Of a stretch of DNA of 64,000 bases, positions 49,649-59,582 are shown one piece after another. The stretch comes from Patescibacteria group bacterium (GTDB taxonomy: Bacteria > Patescibacteriota > Patescibacteriia > UBA1558 > GWA2-36-10), in assembly GCA_041662585.1 (NCBI GenBank), contig JBAZSG010000001.1, positions 2,381 to 66,380 on the forward strand, read 5' to 3'. The notes under the pieces were generated by a model. The model was not told where the DNA came from. It searched no databases and worked only from the letters and a program-made list of their open reading frames with translations. Position numbers and translations under genes: made by a program. Each line of letters opens with the position of its first letter. Position 1 is the stretch's first letter.

Positions 49649-50008
49649 TTATTGAAGATTATTTTTATTTGGCATCACTGGTTTTGGTGTATATATTGAA
49701 ACTGGCTGAGGCCATAAAAATAATATACCTATCAATATAGCTGGTCCAGCAATTATTAAATAAGCAAGCCAATCCACATCGCCCCAAGCCATTACTACAT
49801 AAGCCAACCCGGCCAATATCCACAAAATACCACCGATTTTTTCCTGTACCCAAGAAATACCCAAAATTATTACTAATACCAAAGTTGGTAAAAGATGCAT
49901 CAATAAACCAAGCCAAGAAAATTTGCCTAAATCAAAAACAAATAAAACAGTCAGCAGTATAAATAAAATTGCAAAGCCTCTAGATACCCAATAAATTGTT
50001 TTGTTCAT
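49649..50008 (-). CDS. Small four-TM hypothetical membrane protein
   Basis: 119 aa, four hydrophobic helices, HLLP motif. Confidence 0.78.
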   Translation of the reverse strand: MNKTIYWVSRGFAILFILLTVLFVFDLGKFSWLGLLMHLLPTLVLVIILGISWVQEKIGGILWILAGLAYVVMAWGDVDWLAYLIIAGPAILIGILFLWPQPVSIYTPKPVMPNKNNLQ

Positions 50009-50048
50009 ATGTTTTTATATATTCTACTTATATAATATACTATTAAAA

Positions 50049-53000
50049 TTATTTTGTATACTCCAACCCCCTGCTACCTTCTTTGGATTTTATGCCCTTA
50101 AGCGGTATGGTCACAAAAAAAGTACTGCCCTTGTGTTCTACCGATTTAAACCATATTTTACCATCAAATTGATCTATAATTGATTTTACTATATAAAGCC
50201 CCAAACCAGTGCCATCGGTTTCTCGTTCTTTAGCATTGTCGGCTCTAAATAATTTGGTAAATATCTTATTTTGCTGAGCTTTGGGAATACCAATGCCACT
50301 ATCAGCTACCTCTATCTTTATGTTATTTTTATTTTTTTCAATACTAATACTGATCTGTCCTTTGACCGGAGTATATTTTAAAGCATTGGAAAGTAAATTT
50401 TGCCAAACTATACGCATCAACTTATCATCCAAATTTATCTTGGGTATATTTTTACCAATTTTTTTATTAACCTTTAATTGTTTTTTATTGAGCAATGGCT
50501 TGATTTCATTTAAAACACTTTCTACTTGATCAATCAAATTAGTTGGTTTGGGGTCAATAGCCAGTTTGCCTAGCTCAATTCTACTGACATTTAAAAGAGC
50601 GTTCACTAAATCAATCATCCTTTGATTACCATTATACACTTCAGACACAAATTCCTTCTGCTCTTTATTTAATTTACCCATTTCTCCAGATAAAAGCATT
50701 TCCGCATACCAATTGATAGTGGCCAGTGGTGTTCTCAACTGATGAGAAGCCAGAGACACAAACTCTGATTTGGCTCTGTCTATATTTTTTTCTTCGGTCA
50801 TGTCCCTTTCAATACCCACAAAAAATTTCACATGCCCATGCTCATCTAAAATTGGGGAAATACTGCTCAAAGAGTCATAAGCCGTGCCATCTTTACGTTT
50901 ATTTTTTAAATAACCAATAAAAACATTTTTATCTTTTTTAATAGTGTCCCACAGCTTATCATAAATATCTATAGACATAAGACCACCCCAATTCTTTTTG
51001 GTACCTACTTTTTTGCCCAAAACTTCTTTTAGAGAAAAACCAGTTATTTTCTCTACGGCCTTATTAGCATAAAGACAATTACCATTTTCATCAGTTATGA
51101 CAATATGATCTGAAGCATTGTCTACAGCTAATTTAAATTTTTCTAAATCTTTGGCCAGATTATCAACTTTTATTTTTTCTGCTTCCACATCTTCTAAGAT
51201 ATTTAAAACCGCCGATTGCTTTTTATTTAACTCCTGATTTTTTATCCTAATTTCTTTGGTCTGCAGGGCAACTTTTTTATCTACCTCTGATCTAGATTGT
51301 TTAATGGTGGAAATCATTATATTAAAACTTTCAGCCAAATCTCTTAACTCATCTTTGGTTTCAATATATACTTTATTATCCAAATTACCTCCAGTTACTA
51401 TATTAATACTTTCTTTTAGCTTATCGATTGGTTTGGATATAAATTTGCTAAGTAAAAGACTAAAAATTATGGTTATAATTAAAATTACTAAAATTATCAA
51501 GTATATATAAAACAAACCAGCTTGCGTGATATCATCTAAAATATGTTTATCCACCTTAGAAAACAAAACCCAATAATAATCCTGACCCTGGACTTTTGTG
51601 GTTTTACTAGTATAAACCTGATTTGAGCCAACACTACTTATGTCTTCTTTCCCACTCGGATATATAAATTGATAGCTAATATAACAATCCTCAATTGGAC
51701 AAAAAAACTGATCAATCTGGTCATTGGGATTTTTTATTTTCTCATAAATACTCGGATAAACATTACTTAAATTATTTTCAGTTTTATCAAACATAAAACC
51801 CCACTCCATATTATCGTCGGGGTGACTCAAAAAATAACCTTCTTTATTGATCAGATAATTCTGCCGAAAATTATTTGGATTAGAATCTATTATATCCAAT
51901 AATTGTCTAGCATCTATATTCGTAATGATAATACCCCTGATTTTTCCATCAACATCAAAAACCGGCGTGCTATATCTTATCACTGGCTTATAAGGGACTT
52001 CTACTGTCTCTTGCTCTATATTCAAATCTAGTGGCGAAACAAAGACCGTACCGCGTTGAGTAATAATGGCATCTTCAAAATAATATCTACCTTTTTTATT
52101 TTGCAACTTATCTTCTGAGACAGCAAAAATCTCTGTGCCACTATTATCAACTCGAACAATTTCTTGTCCAGTTTCGTCTATATATCTTATTTGATAATAA
52201 ATTTTCCTTTGCTTAGAAAAATTTAAAAAGCTATCTTTTAAATTATTTTTGTATAAATCACTATTACCATCCTCCCGATTCAAAAGATTATTTAAACTAG
52301 ATAATTGACTCAAAAATAAAATGTCCTCTCGCCCCAGTCTCAAAAAATATTCAATAGATTCTTTTTTAATTTCCAGATCCCTTAATTCTTCTTGCAAATA
52401 TTCTGCTTCTAAAACCCGCGCTGTATTACTGTAAAAATAAGCTGAAATAGCCAAAATTGGGATTAGGGCTACCAAAATCATAGTAATGGTGATTTTATAT
52501 CTGATATTAAAACTTTTCACTTCGAAGTCAAAAATACCCCATTTATAAATTATATAAAGAGTAATTATTAATAAAGATAAAATTCCTAAAAAGGCCAATC
52601 GAGGGAAATCTATATTTAAAATTGGAAATAAAATATTAGATATAGCCACTAATATAAAAACAAAAATCAGACCAGAAACAAAATATTTTAAAGCTATTTT
52701 TTCATCCAAATCTCTTGAGGTCATAATTTTTTTAATAACAAGAAATATTGAAAATAATAATATCACACCCATTAAAGCTCCCCAATAGACAAATCCCCCA
52801 CCAACTATAAAATTGGAATCGCCGGTAAATCTAAGTGGCCTTAGATCACTAATTATATAGCTGGTAAATAATATTAAATAAGCTACTAAAAAGAATAATG
52901 GGTATGAAATGTAAATTAAAAATTTTGATAACTTTAAATCTACTTTTATAACAATTGTCCTAAATAATAAAGTAGCTAATAAAAATGAAGCAAAGACGCT

Positions 53001-53210
53001 CAATCGCCAAAAAAATAAATTTAAATTATTATTAAAAAAACCTTCTAGAGTAAAAAAATCAGCTGCAAACCAAAAAGCAGAAGTTGCAAAAGTAAACAAA
53101 ACCGCCTGATCCAGTCTAGTTCTTTTTCTGTACCTAAATAAAGCTACAAAAAACCAAATAGTAGCTACAAAAGATAATAAATAAAGAATCGAGTATATAA
53201 AAAATATCAT
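50049..53210 (-). CDS. Sensor histidine kinase: 7TM - Cache - HAMP - PAS - HisKA - HATPase
   Basis: N-terminal TM bundle; Cache-like YQIRYIDETGQEIVRV...PVIRYSTPV; HAMP (DELRDLAESFN); PAS; H-box SLASHQLRTPL; N/G boxes NLLSNALKY, DSGIGI, GTGLGLY. Confidence 0.93.
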   Translation of the reverse strand: MIFFIYSILYLLSFVATIWFFVALFRYRKRTRLDQAVLFTFATSAFWFAADFFTLEGFFNNNLNLFFWRLSVFASFLLATLLFRTIVIKVDLKLSKFLIYISYPLFFLVAYLILFTSYIISDLRPLRFTGDSNFIVGGGFVYWGALMGVILLFSIFLVIKKIMTSRDLDEKIALKYFVSGLIFVFILVAISNILFPILNIDFPRLAFLGILSLLIITLYIIYKWGIFDFEVKSFNIRYKITITMILVALIPILAISAYFYSNTARVLEAEYLQEELRDLEIKKESIEYFLRLGREDILFLSQLSSLNNLLNREDGNSDLYKNNLKDSFLNFSKQRKIYYQIRYIDETGQEIVRVDNSGTEIFAVSEDKLQNKKGRYYFEDAIITQRGTVFVSPLDLNIEQETVEVPYKPVIRYSTPVFDVDGKIRGIIITNIDARQLLDIIDSNPNNFRQNYLINKEGYFLSHPDDNMEWGFMFDKTENNLSNVYPSIYEKIKNPNDQIDQFFCPIEDCYISYQFIYPSGKEDISSVGSNQVYTSKTTKVQGQDYYWVLFSKVDKHILDDITQAGLFYIYLIILVILIITIIFSLLLSKFISKPIDKLKESINIVTGGNLDNKVYIETKDELRDLAESFNIMISTIKQSRSEVDKKVALQTKEIRIKNQELNKKQSAVLNILEDVEAEKIKVDNLAKDLEKFKLAVDNASDHIVITDENGNCLYANKAVEKITGFSLKEVLGKKVGTKKNWGGLMSIDIYDKLWDTIKKDKNVFIGYLKNKRKDGTAYDSLSSISPILDEHGHVKFFVGIERDMTEEKNIDRAKSEFVSLASHQLRTPLATINWYAEMLLSGEMGKLNKEQKEFVSEVYNGNQRMIDLVNALLNVSRIELGKLAIDPKPTNLIDQVESVLNEIKPLLNKKQLKVNKKIGKNIPKINLDDKLMRIVWQNLLSNALKYTPVKGQISISIEKNKNNIKIEVADSGIGIPKAQQNKIFTKLFRADNAKERETDGTGLGLYIVKSIIDQFDGKIWFKSVEHKGSTFFVTIPLKGIKSKEGSRGLEYTK

Positions 53211-53701
53211 ATCTTACTCTTTAATTTATTTTTCAGCTCGATCATTTTGAGTTCACGATTAATCATCAGTTTATTGATCCTTTCTAATTCCTTGACTTTA
53301 TTCTTTAAATCTTCATTAATCTTTTTGTTAGTTGTGACATCCAAAATCATAATCAAATCTTCTGTATTATTACCAGCCTCATCTTTAATCGGTCTAGCCA
53401 TGATCAAACCAACTTTTTTCTCTCCTGATTTGGAAATAAAATCTAGCTCATAGGGAGCGACATCTTTACCAGCCATACGGTAAGTAAAATTTTTAAGAGC
53501 TTTTGCTTTGCCAATTTTTGTTAAGTAGGGAAGCTGCAGTAAATTTTTACCTAAAACCTCTTCTTTTTTATACCCCAGCCAATCGTATAAACGATTGTTA
53601 ACATCAATCAAGGTTCCCTTTTTATCTAAAATAACAATAGCTTCTGGCGATAACTCAAAAATCAACTTATATCTATTTTTATTTTCTTTTTTAAATAGCA
53701 T
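53207..53701 (-). CDS. Stand-alone PAS domain protein with a C-terminal coiled coil
   Basis: FELSPEAIVILD..G...VN...LGY.KEEVLGKN; ends ELERINKLMINRELKMIELK; ATGA overlap with the kinase. Confidence 0.88.
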   Translation of the reverse strand: MLFKKENKNRYKLIFELSPEAIVILDKKGTLIDVNNRLYDWLGYKKEEVLGKNLLQLPYLTKIGKAKALKNFTYRMAGKDVAPYELDFISKSGEKKVGLIMARPIKDEAGNNTEDLIMILDVTTNKKINEDLKNKVKELERINKLMINRELKMIELKNKLKSKI

Positions 53702-53722
53702 ATAAAAAATATTAATTTTTAT

Positions 53723-54142
53723 TTAAAAATCGGCTACTTCTTGCCAAGAACTCAAAATAATCTGTGGTTTTATTTTGGTTACATCAATTTCCAGCTTACG
53801 CACCACTACTCCCACTGTAGAAGATGCTTGAATATTTCTGGTTTGTCCACCGGTATTGGTAACAAAATACCCGCAAGTCCCCAGACTAAAATTTAAACTA
53901 CCATAGCCAACAAAAGGAAGAGAACCTTTCATCTGCTGCAAAGCCTCTTCGGCACAAGCATTGGTCAAGTGCCTAGCCTGATAAGATTGCTGTAAAAGCA
54001 AACTGTTTTTTGATAAATTGGCCCCCACTAAAAGCAAAGATGTAGCAATGGCTACCGCTATAGCACCCACTATTACCAAAACTAGCAAGATAGAATATCC
54101 TTGATCTTTATTATAACATATTTTATCAACTACTCTGAACAT
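53723..54142 (-). CDS. PilX-like minor pilin
   Basis: G|YSILLVLV hydrophobic N-terminus lacking Glu5; A...ACAEEAL; C-terminal SWQEV. Confidence 0.7.
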   Translation of the reverse strand: MFRVVDKICYNKDQGYSILLVLVIVGAIAVAIATSLLLVGANLSKNSLLLQQSYQARHLTNACAEEALQQMKGSLPFVGYGSLNFSLGTCGYFVTNTGGQTRNIQASSTVGVVVRKLEIDVTKIKPQIILSSWQEVADF

Positions 54143-54146
54143 AAAA

Positions 54147-54653
54147 TTATCTCAAGCTAACAGACGTATAAAAAGTCTTAGACCATTTAAATTCTGGTCG
54201 ACTAGAATTACTTACATAATCCAAGGTAAATTCTACTCTAATAATCCCTGGCGTGTTGCTTTTTGAAAGATTAGTAAAATTAATGTTTGTAATCTCCACC
54301 GAAGAAGAATTTAAAACTACTGGCGAAGAGGCCCCTTCTGTAATATATAAATTACCCCCACTAAAACTAAAAATTGTCGGATTACTAGCTACTGTCGGCA
54401 TCTGTAAAGAAAGATTGGAGCTACTCACCCCCGTGGCTGGAGAATCAATAGCCGAAGCGTTAACGACATATTGACTAATCAAATTTAAAATTTGTACACC
54501 CTGCTGTTCCACTTCAGTGATAGTTTTATTTTTTACCCGAGAAGCTATATGAAGCTGAAAAAAACCAGTTATCGCCAATAATATTAAAGAAGCCAAGCTA
54601 ATATATATTATCAACTCTACCAATGTAAAACCCTTTTTATTTAAAATACTCAT
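54147..54653 (-). CDS. PilW-like minor pilin
   Basis: Class III signal KKG|FTLVELIIY. Confidence 0.85.
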   Translation of the reverse strand: MSILNKKGFTLVELIIYISLASLILLAITGFFQLHIASRVKNKTITEVEQQGVQILNLISQYVVNASAIDSPATGVSSSNLSLQMPTVASNPTIFSFSGGNLYITEGASSPVVLNSSSVEITNINFTNLSKSNTPGIIRVEFTLDYVSNSSRPEFKWSKTFYTSVSLR

Positions 54654-54662
54654 ATAATGATA

Positions 54663-55295
54663 TTACAAACAACAACAGGTGTCCGTGTTTGGGTTTATTG
54701 GGCAATATATATCACCCCCCGTTTCATAAATTTCATTGTTATTTAAACACTGCTGAGGATTCTGACGACAGGTTCCGGAAATATAATTAATGGAGACACA
54801 ATACTCAGCACAATCTACAAATACTAGTGGTATTGACTCTGCCCAATTATTTAAATAAGTGGTTAAAGCTATTGTACCAACACGCTGTGGTGTTTGCTGC
54901 CAACTTACTTCGGCTATTACTTGCTTGCTATCAATAGATATAGTGCTAATAGTAAGTTCCCTAGTAAAAATGCCAACATTGTCAGAGCTGCCACTAAAGA
55001 TCCACTCATTACTAGAAGTAGCCAAACCATAAGTACCATCTACTAAATTGGAAAAATTATTATCCCGAATATTTCTAGTAGCTTCTAGACCCTCGGCAGC
55101 CAAAAATATAGCCCTACTCCTATCACCAGACAAACGAGCCGCTTCTCGACCGTAAACTAAGCTACCGCCTAAAGCTGTTACTAACAAAACAAATAAAGCG
55201 CTGGATAGAATTACTTCAACCAAAGAAATACCTCGATTATCAGTAACTGATAATCCCTCGGCTATTGATGGTGATTGTTTTATTGGTATTGGCAT
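54663..55295 (-). CDS. PilV-like minor pilin with a Cys-rich tail (start uncertain)
   Basis: RG|ISLVEVIL, AAEGLEATR, FTRELTI, C-terminal CAEYC...C...C...C...CCCL; the nearest ATG is 55295, inside the upstream gene. Confidence 0.75.
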   Translation of the reverse strand: MPIPIKQSPSIAEGLSVTDNRGISLVEVILSSALFVLLVTALGGSLVYGREAARLSGDRSRAIFLAAEGLEATRNIRDNNFSNLVDGTYGLATSSNEWIFSGSSDNVGIFTRELTISTISIDSKQVIAEVSWQQTPQRVGTIALTTYLNNWAESIPLVFVDCAEYCVSINYISGTCRQNPQQCLNNNEIYETGGDIYCPINPNTDTCCCL

Positions 55296-55692
55296 TGATA
55301 CTAAAATTAATTGTGCCCGTACTTTGAGGACTGGCTGAAAATTTAGCAAAAACTACTTCCGATAAACCAGAGATTTGTATAATATCACTGATATTATAGT
55401 TCTCATCATAATTAATGTCTCGAGACAAATAACTACTACCTTTAAAAAGAGTGATTTGTCCAGAAGATAAAAAAACTCCCCAACTACTATCACGGCTACT
55501 GGCCAATGATAAGAGATTGGCTCTTCTTAAAGCTTGGACTAATTCCATGGTAGCCAGCTCCAAATTATTAGAATTCTGAAATTTATTATAAGACGGTAAA
55601 GTAATGCCAGACAAAATACCAATAACGGCTATAACCAAAATCATTTCTAGTAATGTGAATCCAACGGTTTTTATATTTTTTAATCCTGACAT
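55240..55692 (-). CDS. FimT/FimU-like minor pilin
   Basis: G|FTLLEMILVIAVIGIL; C-terminal TITINSRG. Confidence 0.85.
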   Translation of the reverse strand: MSGLKNIKTVGFTLLEMILVIAVIGILSGITLPSYNKFQNSNNLELATMELVQALRRANLLSLASSRDSSWGVFLSSGQITLFKGSSYLSRDINYDENYNISDIIQISGLSEVVFAKFSASPQSTGTINFSINANTNKTITINSRGIISY

Positions 55693-55708
55693 ATTAAATC
55701 AAAAATAT

Positions 55709-56914
55709 CTAAAAACCATTTTTATCGGCATAATAAATTACTAAATTCTGACTACTATTAGATTGGTGTGACTCCTGTCTAGAAACACTTTCAGCATTAT
55801 TAATATTGTCCATCAATGTATAAACGGGCAATATTATTCCAATAGCTATAGCCGCTACTCCCAGACCGACCAATATCAAAAGAATCGGTTCTATCATTAC
55901 AGCGACATTCTTGGTAGTACCATCCATCTTGGATTCATAATTTTCTCCCAGCCTAATAAGTGTATCTGACAGCCGTCCAGATTGTTCTCCGGTCACAATA
56001 ATTTGCTGAATAGGTGCTGGCATTATTTTTCTCATCTTTGGATACTCTTTAAAACTTTTTTGAAATGAGTTGCCGTCATCAATGCTCTTGTGTAAATAAT
56101 TATAAAACTTTTTATATTTATTAGAGGTGGTAGAAGAAATCAATGAGTCCAAGGAATCATTGATGGACAAACCAGCCTCCAAAAGAGTACCTAAGATAAA
56201 ACCAAAACGAGACAATTGTGCTTGTTTTATAAAATCCCTTATTACTGGCAGGTTGAATAATAAAACTTCACCGATAAATCTAGTTTTACGAAAGAAAAAT
56301 ATAAAATAAATTAAAACAAAAAATAATAATATAATTAAGGGAATAACATTAAAACTATTGGCACTAACAAAATTTCCAGCTTTAATAATCAGCCTAGTCA
56401 TAAAGGGCAATTCTACATTAAGACTAGAAAAAACTGAAGATAATCTTGGCAGGACAAACCAAGATATAAAAATTCCGACTATAAAAGTAAAAAATAAAAC
56501 AAAAACCGGATAAAGCATAGCCGAACGAACTTTGGAACGAAGTGCATCTTCTTTTTTTTGTTGAGAATTGATAATCTTTAGATTTTCCGCTAAACGACCA
56601 GATTTTTCGCCAATATCAACCAAAGAAATAATATAAGGTGAAAATAATTTTGTACTAGCCAAAGCTTTGGATAAATTAGCTCCGTTGTTTATATCCTCTG
56701 CTATACCATCGACCAAACGCTTCATAACCAAAGATTTTAGTTCTACTTTGATAGATTTGAGAGCATCTAAAACACTTATACCAGATGATAAAAGCATGGA
56801 TAAATTTTCCACCAAATACTGTTTTTCTTCTTTTAAACCAAAACGATATAACCAGCTGACTCGTTTATAGCTAAGCTGCTGGTTACTTTTTTTTATGGAG
56901 TTTGAACTAATCAT
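55709..56914 (-). CDS. pilC: Type IV pilus platform protein PilC/GspF
   Basis: LSMLLSSGI, GEKSGRL, AMLYP, GEQSGRL, IEPIL. Confidence 0.93.
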   Translation of the reverse strand: MISSNSIKKSNQQLSYKRVSWLYRFGLKEEKQYLVENLSMLLSSGISVLDALKSIKVELKSLVMKRLVDGIAEDINNGANLSKALASTKLFSPYIISLVDIGEKSGRLAENLKIINSQQKKEDALRSKVRSAMLYPVFVLFFTFIVGIFISWFVLPRLSSVFSSLNVELPFMTRLIIKAGNFVSANSFNVIPLIILLFFVLIYFIFFFRKTRFIGEVLLFNLPVIRDFIKQAQLSRFGFILGTLLEAGLSINDSLDSLISSTTSNKYKKFYNYLHKSIDDGNSFQKSFKEYPKMRKIMPAPIQQIIVTGEQSGRLSDTLIRLGENYESKMDGTTKNVAVMIEPILLILVGLGVAAIAIGIILPVYTLMDNINNAESVSRQESHQSNSSQNLVIYYADKNGF

Positions 56915-56917
56915 CTT

Positions 56918-58570
56918 CTAATAATTATTAAATGGAGAAACTCGCATCAATTCTTCCAAAGTGGTAACGCCATTTTTTATCTTATCCAAGCCATCTTCAA
57001 ATAAAGATTGACTGCCTTGTTTTTTGGCCAAAGCCCATATTTTTTGTTTGGAAGGATTTTCTAATATCAAATCTTGTAGCTCGGGGGTGATTTTAATAAT
57101 TTCATAAATAGCTGTCCGACCAGTATAACCAGTATAGCCACAGACACTACAACCCTTCCCTCGATAAATAGTACGAAGTTTGTCAATTGATGGTTGATCT
57201 AAATTTTTCATCAATTTTTGAATGACTTCATCATTTTTATCTACGCTAACTCGACATTTTTCACAAATACGCCGTACCAATCTTTGAGCTATTATTAATT
57301 CTAAAGTAGAGGCTAATAAAAACGGCTCTATACCCATATTTAAAATCCTAGGTATAGCTGTGGCCGCATCATTAGAGTGAAAAGTAGATATCAGTAAATG
57401 CCCGGTCAAAGCGGCATTAACAGAAATCTCTGCCGTTTCTTTGTCTCTTATCTCCCCTACCAATATGATATCCGGATCTTGCCTAACAATAGCTCTCAAA
57501 CCTTTGGAAAAAGTCAGATTGGTTTGTTCATTAATCTGAATTTGATTAATACCAGGTATTTTATATTCAGCCGGATCTTCAATGGTGGTGATATTTACTT
57601 CCGGTTTATTCAACAATTTTAACAAAGCGTACAGTGTAGTTGTTTTACCAGAGCCTGTCGGACCGGTCACAATGATCATACCAAATGGTTTGCTAGCCGC
57701 TGTCTGTAGAATCTCTTGGTCTTTTAAAGATAGGCCCAAATTACCAAAATTCAAATTTTTTACATACTCCGCCAAAATACGAATAACTATTTTTTCTCCG
57801 TTTAAAGTCGGAGCAACTGATACTCTTAAGTCTATTTTATTAGTCTCACTAATCTGATAGCGTATAGCCCCATCTTGAGCAGCAAAATGCTCATCGATAC
57901 GCATCCTAGCCTGAACTTTTACTCTATTTAAAATATTTTCATAATACGTTTTGGGTATAACGCCAGCTTCATGCAAAACTCCGTCTACTCGAAAACGAAT
58001 ATTGACAGAGTCTTCCTCTGGTTCAAAATGAATATCCGATGCCTTATAACCCAAAGCATCCTCTATAATCTCATTAATAATTTCTGGAGCAACTCGACCC
58101 TTTTCTTCTATAATTCTGGCAAAACGAGTAGCCAAAGGTTTACGATAATAGCCCAGAGCCTTATCTATATCATCAGCAATAGAAAAATTAATTTTTATTT
58201 TTTTATTGGGGAAAATAGCCTGCAAACTAATCTCCAATTCTGGTTGCTGAGGATCATCGCTGGTGACAGTTATAGAATCTTTGTCTTCAGCAAATAAAAC
58301 TACTCTAAATTTCTTGGCAATTTTTTCTGGTATTTTTAATACCTGCTCCTTCGGTGGTTCATGAGTGTTCAAATCAGCATAAACCACCCCTAAAGATTCG
58401 GCAATGGCCTGCCCCAACAGATCTTTGGTAATAATGCCAGCAGACAAAAGATAGTCTGTAATCAAAACATTATTATTTTTTATATATTCTTTAGCCACCT
58501 CCAAGTCTTGCTGTTCTACATAATTTTCACTAGCCAAGATATCAATAATTTTCTTGCTATCCAGCCTCAT
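56918..58570 (-). CDS. pilB: Type IV pilus assembly ATPase PilB/GspE
   Basis: ASDIHFEP, RFRVDG, GPTGSGKTT, TIEDPAEY, RQDPDIILVGEIRD, LTGH, two CxxC zinc motifs. Confidence 0.95.
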   Translation of the reverse strand: MRLDSKKIIDILASENYVEQQDLEVAKEYIKNNNVLITDYLLSAGIITKDLLGQAIAESLGVVYADLNTHEPPKEQVLKIPEKIAKKFRVVLFAEDKDSITVTSDDPQQPELEISLQAIFPNKKIKINFSIADDIDKALGYYRKPLATRFARIIEEKGRVAPEIINEIIEDALGYKASDIHFEPEEDSVNIRFRVDGVLHEAGVIPKTYYENILNRVKVQARMRIDEHFAAQDGAIRYQISETNKIDLRVSVAPTLNGEKIVIRILAEYVKNLNFGNLGLSLKDQEILQTAASKPFGMIIVTGPTGSGKTTTLYALLKLLNKPEVNITTIEDPAEYKIPGINQIQINEQTNLTFSKGLRAIVRQDPDIILVGEIRDKETAEISVNAALTGHLLISTFHSNDAATAIPRILNMGIEPFLLASTLELIIAQRLVRRICEKCRVSVDKNDEVIQKLMKNLDQPSIDKLRTIYRGKGCSVCGYTGYTGRTAIYEIIKITPELQDLILENPSKQKIWALAKKQGSQSLFEDGLDKIKNGVTTLEELMRVSPFNNY

Positions 58571-58622
58571 ATATTTTTATTTTTAATTTTATTTTAAAAA
58601 CAGCCTAAAACAACTACTTTAT

Positions 58623-58985
58623 TTACATCCTTTTGATGTTTTCTACAATCTCAGATAAAGAAGTATCTGATTTTACAAAATAATCGCTAGCACCCAAAGA
58701 CTTGGCTTTTTCAAAATCTTCAGGCTGACCCAAATTTGAAGTAACGATTACTTTGGTTTTAATGCCGCCTTCTTTAATTTTAGCCAAAACAGAAAATCCA
58801 TCCATCCGAGGCATGATCATGTCCAACAAAAGTAAATCATAAGACTCTTTTTCTAGCTCAGCTAAAGCATCTTCACCATTAAAAACCGCCTTAGCCTCAA
58901 AACCAGCATTATTTAATTTCAAAACCAAGGCCTTGGACATCGGCTTCTCGTCTTCGGCTACTAAAATCTTTTTTATTGTTGCCAT
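58623..58985 (-). CDS. Single-domain response regulator (receiver)
   Basis: ILVAEDE, LLLDMIMPRMDG, TSN, DYFVK. Confidence 0.93.
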   Translation of the reverse strand: MATIKKILVAEDEKPMSKALVLKLNNAGFEAKAVFNGEDALAELEKESYDLLLLDMIMPRMDGFSVLAKIKEGGIKTKVIVTSNLGQPEDFEKAKSLGASDYFVKSDTSLSEIVENIKRM

Positions 58986-59019
58986 ATTTTTAATATTAAT
59001 CTTATTACTTAATAGTTAT

Positions 59020-59028
59020 ATTATACCA
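59020..59028 (-). promoter_or_regulatory. Extended -10 promoter TGGTATAAT of the receiver-pilus-kinase operon
   Basis: Perfect TGnTATAAT about 35 nt upstream of ATG 58985. Confidence 0.55.
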
Positions 59029-59263
59029 TATTTATAAGACTTATCCTAAAAATTAAAATTAAAAAAAATATCCACAAGATTAGGCTTTTTAAATTTTTTA
59101 AAATGCGCTATACTAATAAAAATATCTTATGAATATACTATCAAAAAAATACCGACTGCCGTCAGATCTACAACCAAAACTTTTATTTTTAATAATAACA
59201 TCAAAAAAATAATCCTAATCTAAGGATTATTTTTTTAATAAGCATAATGAATTTAAAACATAA

Positions 59264-59509
59264 ATGAAATGGAGAGCTTTTATGCAAGTACAAGTAGTTC
59301 TTTTTCACTATCAGGCTTCGCTTAGAGGACTTACCTTTGAAGCTAATAAAATGTATGTTTTTAAAATAAAAAAATTGTGGGGAGAACAATTTCTCTGCTA
59401 CCAAGATATATACCTATTATGTATTGATACTTTCCAAAATCAATACGTTGAAACACACTTAATTTCTTGGGTCGACGACCCAGAAATAATAGCTAAATTG
59501 GTGGCCTAG
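59264..59509 (+). CDS. Small hypothetical protein (start may be ATG 59282 after GGAG)
   Basis: Fills an intergenic gap and is followed by a terminator; no recognisable motif. Confidence 0.4.
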   Translation: MKWRAFMQVQVVLFHYQASLRGLTFEANKMYVFKIKKLWGEQFLCYQDIYLLCIDTFQNQYVETHLISWVDDPEIIAKLVA

Positions 59510-59532
59510 AAACGCCTAAAACATACAAAAAC

Positions 59533-59560
59533 AAAAACCCCTGATTAAGGCAGGGGTTTT
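59533..59560. terminator. Bidirectional terminator
   Basis: AAAAACCCCTG-attaagg-CAGGGGTTTT between convergent ORFs. Confidence 0.8.
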
Positions 59561-59582
59561 ATATTTTATACGAATCAAAAAA

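Noticed and set aside
59068-59076. DnaA-box-like ATATCCACA suggesting oriC
   Set aside because: Single mismatched box with no cluster and no dnaA/dnaN nearby
59129-59212. 27-codon ORF MNILSKKYRLPSDLQPKLLFLIITSKK
   Set aside because: Short with no recognisable motif; cannot be distinguished from chance
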